This document shows, in pieces, positions 1-8,033 of a DNA stretch of 11,768 nucleotides. Position 1 is the stretch's first letter, and the number at the start of each line of letters is the position of its first letter. Position numbers and translations under genes: made by a program. The DNA lies in contig JBIOTN010000022.1 of assembly GCA_044866005.1 (NCBI GenBank), forward strand, positions 1 to 11,768. Direction: 5' to 3'. Source of the DNA: Candidatus Rokuibacteriota bacterium (GTDB lineage Bacteria > Methylomirabilota > Methylomirabilia > Rokubacteriales > DASRDR01). The notes under the pieces were generated by a model that was given only the letters and a program-made list of their open reading frames with translations, did not search any database and was not told the DNA's origin.

Positions 1-1081
1 AGGGCGACGCGCCCGCCGGCTTGATCGGGGTGCCGAGGGTCTTCACGGGGCCGAGCTTCGGGTGCTCGAGCTCCACGACCATCTCGCGCATGAGCACCTG
101 CGGATCGCCGAGCACCTGGTCCAGCCGCTGGATGGGGGCCGCCGGGACCCCCTCGCGCTGGAGCCGGTCGAGCCACTCGTCGGTCGCCCGGCCCGGGAAG
201 ATGCTCTCCAGCAGCCCGACCAGCTCGGCCTTCCGCTCGACGCGCTTGGCGTTGGAGTCGAAGCGGGGATCGGCAGCCAGGTCGCGCCGCTCGATGGCCC
301 GGCAGAAGCCGCTCCAGAACTTCTCCGCGAAGACGGCGACGACCAGGAAGCCGTCGCGCGTCGCGAAGGCCTGGTAGGGCACGACGGAGGTGTGCCCCGA
401 TCCGACGCGACCGGGGACCCGCCCGTCGGCCCAGAAGTACTGGGCGATGTAGGTGAGGAGCGAGACCTGACAGTCGAGGAGCGAGAGATCGATGAGCGTG
501 CCCTCGCCGGTCCGGGTCCGGCGCAGGAGCGCCCCCGCCACGGCGAGGGCGCCGAACATCCCGCCGGCCAGGTCGCCCATGGGGAGCCCCATGCGGGCCG
601 GCGGCCGCCCCTCCTCGCCGGTCAGGCTCATCGCCCCGCCCATCGCCTGGAGTGCCAGGTCGAAGGCCGGCCAGTCGCGGTAGGGGCCCGACTGGCCGAA
701 CGCCGAGATGGAGCAGACGACCAGCCGGGGGTTCACCTCACGCAGCAGCCGGGGGTCGCAGCCGAGCCGCGCCATCACGCCCGGCCGGAAGTTCTCCCAG
801 ACGACGTCGGCGACGCGGCAGAGGTCGAGGAAGACCTCGCGACCCTCGGGCCGCTCGAGGTCGAGCGCCACGCTCTGCTTGTTCCGGTTGATCGCGAGGA
901 AGTAGGCGCTCTCGTCCCCGCCGTCGCCCAGGAAGGGCGGCCCCATCGCGCGCATCGGGTCGCCGCCCTCGGGCTCCTCGATCTTGATGACCTCGGCGCC
1001 CAGGTCCGCGAGCAGCAGCGAGCCGTACGGCCCCGCGAGCATGCGCGAGAGGTCGAGGACGCGGACGCCGGCCAGGAGCAT
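1..1081 (-). CDS. Family III CoA-transferase (CaiB/BaiF/Frc-like), 3' end runs off the window
   Basis: Manual translation from ATG at 1081 (missing from the ORF track because there is no stop in the window): MLLAGVRVLDLSRMLAGPYGSLLLADLGAEVIKIEEPEGGDPMR...NRNKQSVALDL...ADVVWENFRPG...SISAFGQSGPY...PAFDL...PMGDLAGG. These are hallmark family III motifs, including the GD catalytic Asp. Starts 7 nt after the cupin stop. Confidence 0.95.
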   Translation of the reverse strand, partial: MLLAGVRVLDLSRMLAGPYGSLLLADLGAEVIKIEEPEGGDPMRAMGPPFLGDGGDESAYFLAINRNKQSVALDLERPEGREVFLDLCRVADVVWENFRPGVMARLGCDPRLLREVNPRLVVCSISAFGQSGPYRDWPAFDLALQAMGGAMSLTGEEGRPPARMGLPMGDLAGGMFGALAVAGALLRRTRTGEGTLIDLSLLDCQVSLLTYIAQYFWADGRVPGRVGSGHTSVVPYQAFATRDGFLVVAVFAEKFWSGFCRAIERRDLAADPRFDSNAKRVERKAELVGLLESIFPGRATDEWLDRLQREGVPAAPIQRLDQVLGDPQVLMREMVVELEHPKLGPVKTLGTPIKPAGASP

Positions 1082-1088
1082 GGCGGGC

Positions 1089-1397
1089 TCAGGGGGCCTT
1101 CAGGAGCACTTCCAGGAGCCGGAGCCGCCCCGCCCCGACGTTCTTGGTGTAGTGGGTGACGCCGGCGCGCTCCCAGTAGACCTCGCCGGTCTTCGCCGAC
1201 CAGCGACGGCCGTCCGCCTCCTGGAAGAGGATCTCGCCCTCCAGGACGTAGCGCGCGCCCGCGACGTCGTGGCTGTGGACGCCCGGCGAGGCGCCGGGCG
1301 TGAAGACGACCTCGTCCACCCGCATTGTCTCGTTCTCGAAGAGGTTCCGCCGGGTGATCTCCCCTTCGCGCCTGAGCTCGGGGCTCCAGGCCGCCAT
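1089..1397 (-). CDS. Cupin-domain protein (102 aa)
   Basis: FTPGASPGVHSH...YVLEG and GEVYWERAGVTH...N match cupin motifs 1 and 2; the ATG is 1 nt after the methyltransferase stop. Confidence 0.88.
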   Translation of the reverse strand: MAAWSPELRREGEITRRNLFENETMRVDEVVFTPGASPGVHSHDVAGARYVLEGEILFQEADGRRWSAKTGEVYWERAGVTHYTKNVGAGRLRLLEVLLKAP

Positions 1398-1398
1398 C

Positions 1399-2139
1399 TC
1401 AGAGCCGGCGGGCGAGGACGTCGTAAGACGGCTGGCCGGCGCGGTAGCCGACGCCGTCGCCGTCGTAGAGGTCGGTCATCGCCAGCAGCTCGAACCCGGC
1501 CTGCCGGAGCAGGCGCTCCATCTCGTCGGTCGTGTAGAGCCGCAGGACGTGTCGCTCCCGCGCGACGTAGTCCGGTGCCTGGAACGTCAGCTCCACCTTC
1601 AGCAGGCGCTCCTGCTCGTCGACCCGCCCCTGGCTGTCCGCGGTGATCCGGCCGGTCTCGAGCTGCCGGCTGTTCCGGAAGGTGTAGCGGCGGCGGCCCA
1701 CCGGGGTGATGAAGTCGAAGAGGAAGAGGCCCCCGCGTCGCATCCGTGGGGCGACCCCCGCCAGGAAGCTCTCCAGCCCGCCGGGCTGGGCGCCCACGTA
1801 CCCCGACACGTCGTCCACGGCGGTGACGAGATCGAAGCGCCCGTCCGCGCGCAGGCAGTCGATCGTCCCGCACACGCGATGCAGGCGGCCCCGGAGCCCG
1901 TTGAGCCGCGCCCCCGAGAGCATCTGCTGGAGGACGTCGACGCAGACCGTCCGGAAGCCGGCCCGCGTCCAGTAGCGGCTGTAGCGACAGGTCCCCGCCC
2001 CGACGTCGAGGTGCCACCCGCCCTGCACGCCTCCCGCGGCCACGAGCGAGCGGGCGCGGCGGAACCAGCCCTGGATGCCGCGTGGCCGGAAGAGCTGCGC
2101 GAAGTACGGCGCGAGCGACGCGTACGGTCGGTCCTCCAT
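1399..2139 (-). CDS. Class I SAM-dependent methyltransferase (246 aa)
   Basis: C-terminal part of ORF 1399..4035. ATG at 2139 with a purine-rich GGAGGGGG upstream. Motif I LDVGAGTC, acidic VD, RFDLVTA, PRMRRGGLFLFD and C-terminal RLYTTDEMERLLRQAGF typical of small-molecule methyltransferases. Confidence 0.9.
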   Translation of the reverse strand: MEDRPYASLAPYFAQLFRPRGIQGWFRRARSLVAAGGVQGGWHLDVGAGTCRYSRYWTRAGFRTVCVDVLQQMLSGARLNGLRGRLHRVCGTIDCLRADGRFDLVTAVDDVSGYVGAQPGGLESFLAGVAPRMRRGGLFLFDFITPVGRRRYTFRNSRQLETGRITADSQGRVDEQERLLKVELTFQAPDYVARERHVLRLYTTDEMERLLRQAGFELLAMTDLYDGDGVGYRAGQPSYDVLARRL

Positions 2140-2168
2140 GCGTGTGGGGCCCCCCTCCCCTGTCGGCC

Positions 2169-3803
2169 TCAGAAGACGATCGGTTCCTTGTGCTCCCCCC
2201 AGACCTCGCGGAGCGCGGCCGCCATCTCGCCGAGCGTCGCGTAGCTCCGCACCGCCTCGAGGATCGGCGGCATCAGGTTGTCCGGCCCTCGCGCCGCGTC
2301 GCGCAGCCGCGTGACCGCGCGCGCCGCCGCCGCCTGATCGCGCTCCCGCCGGAGCCGCGCGAGCCGCGCCACCTGCGCTTCGGCCACCTTGCGGTCGCAG
2401 GCGTAGAGCTCGAGCGCGGGCGCCGTGTCGGGCGCGGTCTCGCGGACCACGTGCCGGTTCACTCCCACCTTGGGATAGGCGCCGGAGAGGAGCTCGCGCT
2501 CGAAGCGATAGGCCTGGCGCGCGACCTCCGCCTGGAGCGCGCCCGAGCGGATCGCCTCGACGACGCCGCCCATCCGCTCGACCCCGGCCAGCTCCTCGCG
2601 GATCTTCCCTTCCATCTCGGTCGTGAGCGCCTCGACGAAGTATCCGCCGGCGAGCGGGTCCGCCGTGTCGGCCACGCCGGTCTCCTCCGCGCAGATCTGC
2701 ATCGTCCGGAGGGCCAGGAGCTGGGCCTTCGGCGAGGGGATCGTGTAGGCCTCGTCGTAGGTCGGGAGCGCCATGGTCTGGGCCCCGGCGAGCGCGGCGG
2801 CGAGGGCGTAGTAGGCGCCCCGGACGATGTTGTTCTCGGGCTCCTGGACGGTGAACCCGGAGCCGCCCCCGCCGATCAGCGAGCGGAACATCATGGAGCG
2901 CGGGTTTTGCGCCCCGAACCGCTCCTTCATCATCCGCGCGTAGAGCCGGCGCCCGGCGCGGAACTTCGCCACCTCCTCGAAGAGCCGGCCCCAGCAGGTG
3001 AAGTTGAAGGAGAGGCGCGGCGCGAAGTCGTCCACGGCCAGCCCCCGCCGCACGAGGAGGTCGATGTAGGCGGCCGCGATGGCGAGGCCGTAGGCCATCT
3101 CCTGCGCCGGCGTGCACCCCGCCTCGCGGATGTGGTAGCCGCAGACGGAGATGGGGTTCACCCGCGGCGCGTGCCGGGCGCAGAACTCGGCGATGTCGCA
3201 GACGAGGCGGAGCGAGGGATCGACCGGGTAGACCCAGGTGCCGCGCGCCACGAACTCCTTGAGGATGTCGTTCTGGGGCGTCGTGACCACCTTCCCCCAG
3301 GCTACCCCCTGCTTCTCCGCCACGGCGAGGAACATCGCCTGGATGAAGGCGGCCATGGAGTTGATGGTGAAGGAGATGGACACGCGGTCGGCCGGGATCC
3401 CGTCGAAGGCCTCCTCCATGTCGAAGAGCGAGTCGACGGCCATGCCGACCCGGCCCACCTCGCCGTCCGCGCGCGGGTCGTCGGAATCGAGGCCGAGCTG
3501 GGTGGGCAGATCGAAGGCGACGTTGAGCGCGTCCTGGCCGTGGGCCATCAGGTACTTGAAGCGCGCGTTGGTCTCCCGCGGGGTGCCGAAGCCGACGTAC
3601 TGGCGCATGGTGAAGACGCGGGCGCGATACATGTACGGGTGGATGCCGCGGGTGAAGGGATATTCCCCCGGGTCGCCGAGGTCCCGCGGGTAGTCGACGC
3701 CGGCGGCGTCGGCCGGGCGGTAGACGGGCTGGATCGTGATCCCGTCGGGATACGTCGCGTCCCGGAGCTCGGGCTCGCCCGACCGCCGAGGCTCGTCCGC
3801 CAT
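2169..3803 (-). CDS. Adenosylcobalamin-dependent acyl-CoA mutase, large substrate-binding subunit (methylmalonyl-CoA mutase family, 544 aa)
   Basis: PGEYPFTRG, TMRQYVGF, AFDLPTQLGLDSD, GEVGRVG, QNDILKEF, GYHIREAG, EEVAKFRAGR, DPLAGGYFVE, ATLGE. The ATG at 3803 overlaps the small-subunit stop (TGATG) with GAGGGGAGG upstream. No C-terminal B12 domain. Confidence 0.95.
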   Translation of the reverse strand: MADEPRRSGEPELRDATYPDGITIQPVYRPADAAGVDYPRDLGDPGEYPFTRGIHPYMYRARVFTMRQYVGFGTPRETNARFKYLMAHGQDALNVAFDLPTQLGLDSDDPRADGEVGRVGMAVDSLFDMEEAFDGIPADRVSISFTINSMAAFIQAMFLAVAEKQGVAWGKVVTTPQNDILKEFVARGTWVYPVDPSLRLVCDIAEFCARHAPRVNPISVCGYHIREAGCTPAQEMAYGLAIAAAYIDLLVRRGLAVDDFAPRLSFNFTCWGRLFEEVAKFRAGRRLYARMMKERFGAQNPRSMMFRSLIGGGGSGFTVQEPENNIVRGAYYALAAALAGAQTMALPTYDEAYTIPSPKAQLLALRTMQICAEETGVADTADPLAGGYFVEALTTEMEGKIREELAGVERMGGVVEAIRSGALQAEVARQAYRFERELLSGAYPKVGVNRHVVRETAPDTAPALELYACDRKVAEAQVARLARLRRERDQAAAARAVTRLRDAARGPDNLMPPILEAVRSYATLGEMAAALREVWGEHKEPIVF

Positions 3804-4213
3804 CAACCCTCCCCTCGCCGGAACGACGTGAAGAAGGCGATGATCTCGGGCAGCGGCGTGCCCATCGGGAACACCCGCCGGACGCCCATCGCCGCGAGCG
3901 CCTCGGCGTCCTTCGACGGGATCGTCCCCCCCACGACGACCGCGACGTCGCCGGCCCCGGCGGCGCGCAGGCGGGCCAGGACCTTTTCCGCGAGCGTGAG
4001 GTGGGCGCCCGACAGGACGGACAGCCCGATGACATCCACGTCCTCCTGGACGGCCTCGGCGACGATCTCGTCCGGCGAGCGCTTGAGGCCCGAGTAGACG
4101 ACCTCCAGGCCGGCGTCGCGCAGGGCGTGGGCCACGACCTTCGCGCCGCGGTCGTGGCCGTCGAGGCCGGGCTTGGCGACGAGCACCTTGAGCGGCCGGG
4201 GGGCGGCGGTCAC
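3803..4213 (-). CDS. Cobalamin-binding small subunit of the acyl-CoA mutase (136 aa)
   Basis: [11 protein letters not shown] (DxHxxG base-off/His-on motif), [16 protein letters not shown]. The GTG start at 4213 overlaps the upstream TGA (GTGA). Confidence 0.94.
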   Translation of the reverse strand: MTAAPRPLKVLVAKPGLDGHDRGAKVVAHALRDAGLEVVYSGLKRSPDEIVAEAVQEDVDVIGLSVLSGAHLTLAEKVLARLRAAGAGDVAVVVGGTIPSKDAEALAAMGVRRVFPMGTPLPEIIAFFTSFRRGEG

Positions 4214-5040
4214 GACGGCGCCTCGACCGGCCGGAACGCGAGGAGATACCGGGCCTTGCCTTGCGGGTCGTCCGGGATGCGGTGGCGCGTGAAGCGGACC
4301 GGCATCCCGAGGGCGAGGCCGCCCGGGTCCGCCACGTCGACCAGCGGCGCGAAGATCCGCAGCCCCGCGACCTCCACGACGGCGAAGACGATCGGGCGGG
4401 GATAGCCGACCGGCACGCCGGCCTCCTGGACCGTGAACGCGTGCAGTCGCCCCTCGTGGGGAAGGTCGACCCACTCGTAGCCGTCACCCTTGCAGGCCGG
4501 GCAGAAGCCGCGCGGCGGCCAGTCCATGCGCCCGCAATCCCGGCAGCGCGTGGTCGTCAGGCGCTCGACCGCGAGATAGGCGTAGAACTCGTGGAGCTTG
4601 TTGTGCTCGGGCGACTGGAGCGGGAAGGGATCCACCGCGCGGAGGTAGATCGGCGCGGCATCGCCCGGCCGCTCCGGTGACACGACGAGGAGCAGCCCTG
4701 GGACCGGGACCAGGCGTCGCGCCACGGGATCGGCAGCGAGCCGCAGCCCCTCCAGCGTGTAGGCGCCCAGGAGCGGTTTCGCCCCGGGATCGGCGAAGAC
4801 GACGAGCGTCAGCTCGGCCCGCCCGTCGACCCGGATCCACGTCCGGCCGATGTCCCGCTCCACCCGCCGGCCGTCCGCCAGGAGGAACGCGTCCCGTGCG
4901 TGAGGCGCCACGCCCAGGCCCTCGAGGACGGGGGCCGGAACCGCGGTGTACGTGGCCCCGGTGTCGACCAGGGCTTCGATGGACTCGTAGCGCCGGCCGT
5001 CCGGGTCGCCGATCTCGATCGCCACCTGGAAGGTGCCCAC
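4210..5040 (-). CDS. Fusion of a clan AA retropepsin-like aspartic protease (N-terminal, about 118 aa) and a DUF35 Zn-ribbon/OB-fold protein (C-terminal)
   Basis: N-terminus has [10 protein letters not shown] and [13 protein letters not shown]-terminus has CRDC...PPRGFCPAC followed by an OB-fold (GRLHAFTV...LALGMPVRF...LAFRP). One uninterrupted frame; GTG start with AGAGG upstream. Confidence 0.85.
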   Translation of the reverse strand: MGTFQVAIEIGDPDGRRYESIEALVDTGATYTAVPAPVLEGLGVAPHARDAFLLADGRRVERDIGRTWIRVDGRAELTLVVFADPGAKPLLGAYTLEGLRLAADPVARRLVPVPGLLLVVSPERPGDAAPIYLRAVDPFPLQSPEHNKLHEFYAYLAVERLTTTRCRDCGRMDWPPRGFCPACKGDGYEWVDLPHEGRLHAFTVQEAGVPVGYPRPIVFAVVEVAGLRIFAPLVDVADPGGLALGMPVRFTRHRIPDDPQGKARYLLAFRPVEAPS

Positions 5041-5059
5041 GCTGGCGCCTCTTGGCGAG

Positions 5060-5068
5060 AGTCTAGCA
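5060..5068 (-). promoter_or_regulatory. Possible extended -10 promoter (TGcTAGACT) upstream of the protease-DUF35 gene
   Basis: Minus-strand TG-C-TAGACT about 20 nt upstream of the GTG at 5040, in the only sizeable gap (97 nt) of the cluster; no good -35. Confidence 0.4.
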
Positions 5069-5137
5069 TCCGCGGCGCGTCACTGAATCACTCCCAGCCG
5101 CACTGCGCTCGGGGGGACGGCGGCGACCGGTGGCTGC

Positions 5138-5659
5138 TCATCGGAAGTCGCCGTTCCGGCCGAACGTGAGGCCGCGGACGAAGGCCTCCTGCGCCGGCCC
5201 GCGCATCGCGTCCGGCTCGTAGATCCGGCGGATCTCCTCGACGGCGTCCCCGGGCAGGCCGCAGCCCTTGAGGAGCGAGGCGAGGAAGATCGCCGTCCGG
5301 CCGAGCCCGGCGTTGCAGTGGACGAGCACGGCCTCTCCGCGCGCCAGGCGGGCGCGCACGTCCTCGACGAGCGCGCAAAAGGGCTCGGCATCCGCGGCGG
5401 CGGGGGCCCCGAAGTCCGGGATCGGGAAGCGGAGTGACTGGACGCCGTGGCGGTGGAGAGCCTCGAGGAATCCCGGGCAGAGCCTCGCCAGCTCGGCGTC
5501 TTCCATCAGCGTGACGACGACGTCGACACCCGCGCCGACCCACTCCCGCACCGCCCTGTCCACGTCGCGCGCCGAGGCCGGGGCGATCGGATACCCGGGG
5601 CGGCTCGCCCCCCACAGGCGCCCGCCGGCCGGCAGCCGCGGGTGCGCGATCGGTCTCAT
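5138..5659 (-). CDS. Cys-based protein-tyrosine/dual-specificity phosphatase family protein (173 aa)
   Basis: P-loop VHCNAGLGRT (CX5R), general-acid loop FPIPDFG, VVTLMEDAEL, terminal AQEAFV. The ATG at 5659 overlaps the thiolase stop (ATGA). Confidence 0.92.
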   Translation of the reverse strand: MRPIAHPRLPAGGRLWGASRPGYPIAPASARDVDRAVREWVGAGVDVVVTLMEDAELARLCPGFLEALHRHGVQSLRFPIPDFGAPAAADAEPFCALVEDVRARLARGEAVLVHCNAGLGRTAIFLASLLKGCGLPGDAVEEIRRIYEPDAMRGPAQEAFVRGLTFGRNGDFR

Positions 5660-6825
5660 GGGGCGTCGCTTCCGTAGATCATCACGACATGCTCGCCCAT
5701 GCCGGAGTTGTTGTGGGTGAGGCCGAGCCGGGCGCCGGGCACCTGGCGCGCCCCCGCCTCGCCCCGGAGCTGCCAGAAGACCTCCGCGGCCTGGGCGATC
5801 CCGGTGGCGCCGAGCGGGTGCCCGCAGCCGATGAGCCCGCCCCGCGGGTTGACGACGACAGCGCCGCCGTGGTCCGCGAGACCCTTTTCCACGAACGCCC
5901 CGCCCTCCCCCTTCTCGCAGAAGCCGAGCTCCTCGTAGGCGATGATCTCGGCGATCGCGAAGCAGTCGTGGACCTCGGCCACCTGCACGTCGGCCGGGCC
6001 GATGCCGGCCATCGCGTACGCCTGCCCGGCGGCGCGCGCGAGCGCCGGCCAGCGAGCGTAGTCCGCGGGAAGCGCGGAGAGCGTGAAGCCGTCGAGCGCC
6101 TGCCCGGTGCCGCGGATCCAGACCGGCTTGTCCGTGAGGTCGCGGGCCCGCTCCTCGCTCGCCAGGACGACCGCCGCCGCGCCGTCGGTGATCGGCGAGC
6201 ACATGAAGAGGCGGAACGGCGTCGAGATCATCCGCGAGCAGAGCACCTGGTCGAGCGTCGCGCCTTTCTGGAAGTGCGCGTAGGGGTTCTTCGCGGCGTG
6301 GTTGTGGTTCTTCACGGCGACCAGCGCCAGCTGCTCCTCGGTCGTCCCGTACTTCGCCATGTGGGCCTGCGCGGCGAGCGCGAAGCACGGCGGCGCCGTG
6401 AGCCCGTGGGCCGCCTCCCACTCCCGGTCCACGCCCGCCCCCATGTTGAGGAGCGCTTCCTCCCCGCCCGGGACGTTGAGCTTCTCCACCCCCAGCACCA
6501 TGACGAGGTCCGCGAGCCCCGCCGCGATGAAGGCGTAGGCGTAGCGGAGCCCCACCGTGCCGGACGCGCACATGTGCTCGGTGCGGGCGGAGAGTCGGTC
6601 CGGCTTGATGCCGAGGGCCTCGGCCGCGAGCGCGGAGACGTGGCTCTGGAACGCCGTGCGCTCCGGCATGACGGAGCCGACGACGAGCCCCTGGAGGTCG
6701 GCGGGCGCGAGCGCCGGGATCGAGTCGAAGCAGGCCTTGCCGGCCTCCCAGATGAGGTCGCGGAAGGTCGCCTTCCGGACGCCGAACTTCGAGACGCCCG
6801 CGCCGACCAGCGCCACCGGCCTCAT
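5656..6825 (-). CDS. SCP2/archaeal-type thiolase family protein (389 aa)
   Basis: Start MRPVALVGAGVSKFG at 6825; nucleophile HMCASG, GVEKL, KNHNHAAKNPYA, CSPITDGAAA, EVHDCF, NPRGG...GHPLGATG. No C-terminal CxG cysteine, so HDCF type. Confidence 0.93.
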   Translation of the reverse strand: MRPVALVGAGVSKFGVRKATFRDLIWEAGKACFDSIPALAPADLQGLVVGSVMPERTAFQSHVSALAAEALGIKPDRLSARTEHMCASGTVGLRYAYAFIAAGLADLVMVLGVEKLNVPGGEEALLNMGAGVDREWEAAHGLTAPPCFALAAQAHMAKYGTTEEQLALVAVKNHNHAAKNPYAHFQKGATLDQVLCSRMISTPFRLFMCSPITDGAAAVVLASEERARDLTDKPVWIRGTGQALDGFTLSALPADYARWPALARAAGQAYAMAGIGPADVQVAEVHDCFAIAEIIAYEELGFCEKGEGGAFVEKGLADHGGAVVVNPRGGLIGCGHPLGATGIAQAAEVFWQLRGEAGARQVPGARLGLTHNNSGMGEHVVMIYGSDAP

Positions 6826-6851
6826 GGGTCGGGGCCCACGTCCCGCGCCCC

Positions 6852-8012
6852 TCACGCCGACCCGAGCGTCACCGGCCGATCGAGGTCCCGGCCGATGATC
6901 ACGCGCAGGATCTCGGACGTCCCGCCGCCCCACAGGAGGAAGCGCGCATCGCGGAAGTAGCGCTCCACCGGGTACTCGGTGGCGAACGAGTACGAGGCGA
7001 AGACGCGGGAGGCCTCGTCACAGATCCGGTTCGCCGCCTCGGAGGCGAAGAGCTTCGTCATGGCGGCCTCGCGGGTCACGGGGAGGCCGTGGGCGAGGCT
7101 CCACGCGGCGTGGTAGACGAGGAGCGTCGCGGCGTGGAGCTGGGTCAGCATGTCCGCGAGCTTGAAGGCGATGGCCTGGTGGTCGCCGATCGGCTTGCCG
7201 AAGGCGACTCGCTCCTTCGAGTAGCGGAGCGCGGCCTCGTAGGCGGCGCGCCCGAGGCCGAGCGACAGGGCCCCGGTCATGACGCGGATCTCGGAGAGGA
7301 TGGTGCCGACCTTCTCCACACCGTCCGTCTCGCCGCCGAGGAGGTGGGCCTCGGGCACGAACACGTCGTCGAGGACGATCTCGCCGGTCGCCGAGGCGCG
7401 GACGCCGAGCTTCTCGATCGTCTTCCCCAGCGTCACGCCGGGCCACTCGCGGTCCACGAGGAACAGGGCGATGTGCTTCATGCCCCGCTCGCGGGACGTC
7501 TTCGCGCAGATCGTCAGCATGTCGGCGACCGGGGCGTTCGTGACCCAGGTCTTCGTCCCCTTGAGCCGGTACCCCCCCGGGACGCGCTCGGCCAGCGTCG
7601 TGATGCCGGCGATGTCCGAGCCCGCGTTCGGCTCGGTCAGCGCGAAGGTCGCCACCTTCTCGCCCCGGAGCGCCGGGACGAGGTAACGGCGGCGGAGGTC
7701 CTCGCTCCCGTACTTGAAGACGAAGTAGGTGCCCATGAGGCCCTGCATCGCGGCGAGCGCGGCGAGCGACAGCGAGCCGCGGGCCAGCTCCTCGGCGAAG
7801 AGGCAGTAGGTCACCATGTCGGCCTCGCCGCCGCCGTAGGCGTCGGGGTAGCGCAGGCCGAGGTAACCCTGCTCCCCGAGGCGGCGGAACAGCGCCCAGG
7901 GGAACTCCCCCGCCTCGTCGAGCCGGTCGGCCACCGGGACGACCTCGGCGTCCACGAAGCGCGCGACCGCCTTGCGGAAGGCCTCCTGCTCCTCGGTCAG
8001 CCGGAAGTCCAT
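6852..8012 (-). CDS. Acyl-CoA dehydrogenase family flavoprotein (386 aa) lacking a canonical catalytic Glu
   Basis: MDFRLTEEQ, FALTEPNAGSD, GTKTWVTN, KLGVRAS, YSKERVAFGKPI, FKLADM, AMTKLFASE, VERYFRDAR...GGTSEI. Confidence 0.95.
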   Translation of the reverse strand: MDFRLTEEQEAFRKAVARFVDAEVVPVADRLDEAGEFPWALFRRLGEQGYLGLRYPDAYGGGEADMVTYCLFAEELARGSLSLAALAAMQGLMGTYFVFKYGSEDLRRRYLVPALRGEKVATFALTEPNAGSDIAGITTLAERVPGGYRLKGTKTWVTNAPVADMLTICAKTSRERGMKHIALFLVDREWPGVTLGKTIEKLGVRASATGEIVLDDVFVPEAHLLGGETDGVEKVGTILSEIRVMTGALSLGLGRAAYEAALRYSKERVAFGKPIGDHQAIAFKLADMLTQLHAATLLVYHAAWSLAHGLPVTREAAMTKLFASEAANRICDEASRVFASYSFATEYPVERYFRDARFLLWGGGTSEILRVIIGRDLDRPVTLGSA

Positions 8013-8033
8013 GTCACGTCAGGAGCGGCACGG

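Noticed and set aside
2169..3803. Annotating the mutase as canonical methylmalonyl-CoA mutase or isobutyryl-CoA mutase
   Set aside because: The His328, Gln330 and Asn366 equivalents differ from MCM, while retained Tyr89 and Arg207 argue against ICM/HCM, so no gene symbol was assigned.
1399..6933. Long N-terminal extensions in the ORF track (1399..4035, 2169..4487, 3803..4474, 5138..6571, 5656..6933) suggesting giant fusions
   Set aside because: The extensions are Arg/Gly/Pro-rich off-frame readings of upstream genes. Real starts are at 2139, 3803, 4213, 5659 and 6825, supported by SD sequences, stop/start overlaps or the onset of family homology.
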